Source: an uncultured Actinomycetota bacterium
GTDB lineage: Bacteria; Actinomycetota; Actinomycetes; JACCUZ01
NCBI GenBank assembly: GCA_963728425.1
Contig: CAVSKC010000018.1
Coordinates: 7,164-71,163, forward strand
Reading direction: 5' to 3'
DNA length: 64,000 bases
Numbering within the stretch: position 1 is the stretch's first letter; each line of letters opens with the position of its first letter. Shown one piece after another: positions 62,427 through 64,000 of this stretch. The position numbers were made by a program, and so were the translations under genes. The notes under the pieces are model-generated. The model saw only the letters and a program-made list of their open reading frames with translations, was not told the DNA's origin and made no database searches.

Positions 62427-64000
62427 ATGAGACGCGGCTTCCCGCTCGCGGTCCAGCTGCTCGCGATGCAGGTGGCCATCGTCCTGGCGACCCTGGTCGC
62501 GGCCGGTTTCCTCGCGGCCCACGTCCAGGAGGACCAGATCCGCCAGACGTACGCGGGGCGGGTGATCACGATCGCCCGCAGCCTGGCGGACCTGCCGTCG
62601 GTCCGCGCGGCCTACCGCACGGACGATCCGTCGCGCACGCTGCAGCCGCTGGCCGAGCAGGTGCGGGTGTCCGCCGGGGCAGAGTTCGTGGTGTTCACCG
62701 ACCGCCACGGCATCCGCTACTCGCACCCGGATCCCACCCAGATCGGCCACAAGGTGTCGACCGACCCCGGTGTCGCGCTCGCGGGCGGCGAGTTCGTGGG
62801 GACCGAGACCGGCACGCTCGGGTCGTCACTGCGGGCCAAGGTGCCGGTCCGCGACTCGGCCGGGCAGGTGGTCGGCGTCGTGTCGGTCGGGGTGCTCGAG
62901 AGCCGGCTCACTGCCGACCAGGCAGTCGTCGTCCCGCGACTCGTCGCCTGGCTGGCGGGCGCCGCCGCCATCGGCGTGCTGGGGGCCTCGGTGGTCACGC
63001 GGCTGGTCCGTCGACGGATCTTCGGCCTGGAGCCCGAGGAGATCGCCGAGCTGCTCCGGACCCGCGACGCCATGCTGCACAGCGTGCGCGAGGGTGTCGT
63101 CGCACTGGACTCGCGCGGACGACTGGCCCTGGTCAACGACGAGGCGATGCGGCTGCTGGACCTCACCGAGGACCCCAGCGGACGTCCGGCGGCCGAGGTA
63201 CTCGGTGCCCACGACCTGCTGCCGCTGGCGGTGAGCCCGGAAAACCTCACCGACCAGCTGGTGCTCTCGGGCGAGCGTCTGCTCGTCGTCAACAGCAGCG
63301 CCGCCCGGGTCGGCGACCGCGAGGTTGGGCGGGTGATGACGCTGCGGGACCGCACCGAGCTCTTCGACGCGCTGCGCGCGCTCGACGGCCAGCGGGACAT
63401 CACTGACGCCCTGCGCGCGCAGGCGCACGAGTTCTCGAACAACCTGCACGTCGTCTCCGGGCTGATCGATCTTGGTCGTCCCGACGAGGCGGTCGACTTC
63501 ATCGAACGGGTCGGAGGAGGGAGCGGCACGACGTACGGTGCGTCACTGCGCGAGGTCGAGGACGCCGCGGTCGCCGCGGCACTGGTCACGCAGTCGGCCA
63601 CCGCCCGGGAGCGCGGCGTCGCCTTCCGGCTGGACCCGGACTCCGAGGTCGGCGACGGAGCCGGTGACGACCTGGTGACGATAATCAACAACCTGGTGGA
63701 CAACGCCGTCGACGCCACCGGCAACGGGGGCAGCGTCGACGTGTTGGTGCGCCACACGGAGCAGGACGGGGTCGAGGTGCGGGTCGCCGACGACGGCCCC
63801 GGGGTGCCGGCCGAGATGCGCGCGCGCATCTTCGACACCGGCGTCACCACCAAGGCTCCGACCACGGACCATCACGGCCGCGGCATCGGGCTCGCCCTGG
63901 TCTCCCGGATCGTGGCTCGCCGCCACGGGACGATCACGGTGTCCGAGCGGGCCGAAGGTGGCAGCGTCTTCTCCGTCACCCTGCCGCCGGGTCCGACGGC
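62427..64000 (+). CDS. CitA/DcuS-family sensor histidine kinase (periplasmic Cache-like, PAS and SpoOB-type H-box domains). It is open and uninterrupted to the right edge, so it is 3'-partial.
   Basis: My own translation from the ATG at 62427 (this ORF is not in the supplied track): MRRGFPLAVQLLAMQVAIVLATLVAAGFL.., FTDRHGIRYSHPDPTQIGHKVSTD, LRAKVPVRDSAGQVVGVVSVGV, H-box LRAQAHEFSNNLHVVSGLIDLG, IINNLVDNAVDA and GRGIGLALVSRIV. Confidence 0.85.
   Translation, partial: MRRGFPLAVQLLAMQVAIVLATLVAAGFLAAHVQEDQIRQTYAGRVITIARSLADLPSVRAAYRTDDPSRTLQPLAEQVRVSAGAEFVVFTDRHGIRYSHPDPTQIGHKVSTDPGVALAGGEFVGTETGTLGSSLRAKVPVRDSAGQVVGVVSVGVLESRLTADQAVVVPRLVAWLAGAAAIGVLGASVVTRLVRRRIFGLEPEEIAELLRTRDAMLHSVREGVVALDSRGRLALVNDEAMRLLDLTEDPSGRPAAEVLGAHDLLPLAVSPENLTDQLVLSGERLLVVNSSAARVGDREVGRVMTLRDRTELFDALRALDGQRDITDALRAQAHEFSNNLHVVSGLIDLGRPDEAVDFIERVGGGSGTTYGASLREVEDAAVAAALVTQSATARERGVAFRLDPDSEVGDGAGDDLVTIINNLVDNAVDATGNGGSVDVLVRHTEQDGVEVRVADDGPGVPAEMRARIFDTGVTTKAPTTDHHGRGIGLALVSRIVARRHGTITVSERAEGGSVFSVTLPPGPT

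Overview
This is a very GC-rich, actinobacterial-type chromosomal segment (GC judged by eye, not computed). I recognised no rRNA, tRNA, CRISPR array, transposase or integrase. The window splits into three parts.

(1) 1-23.4 kb is an accessory, surface- and secretion-oriented block:
- a 3'-partial giant gene built from near-identical DUF11 repeats (372-bp units nested in a 2.27-kb higher-order repeat, then 387-bp units);
- an S8 subtilase that appears colinear with the giant gene;
- a NarL-type two-component pair and a RibD-C reductase;
- a secreted Ig-like protein;
- a DUF222-HNH endonuclease whose stop overlaps the start of an ATP-dependent ligase (LigC type);
- a second S8 protease with an FlgD-Ig-like tail, and a small secreted protein.

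(2) 23.5-28.5 kb is gene-poor and rich in hairpins and G/C runs. It holds only short, broken ORFs: Cys-motif proteins, a GCRC-motif membrane protein and a collagen-like protein. It abuts a LigD-type primase-polymerase (PolDom) gene whose 3' end is duplicated at 25.5 kb. I read this region as a decayed integrated element and/or structured-RNA territory, and it is the most promising place for something undescribed.

(3) 29.6-64 kb is core metabolism: msrB, PAP2, hemQ-hemY-(DUF4349)-hemE, EamA, DUF3000, a LuxR regulator, rnd, efeU-(cupredoxin)-efeO-efeB, GT1, an HExxH protein, AlkD-like, two methyltransferases, fadAB, a VOC/M20/diaminopropionate-lyase operon, DUF445, a queA-like/SDR operon with divergent soxR and a SoxR-box promoter, and tctCBA with a CitA/DcuS-type kinase.

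Caveat: roughly two-thirds of the protein-coding loci (about 34 of 47) cannot be read in one frame. These include the heme genes hemE, hemY and hemQ, which are normally indispensable. I therefore call them CDS with frame interruptions, most likely consensus indel errors, so boundaries are approximate.
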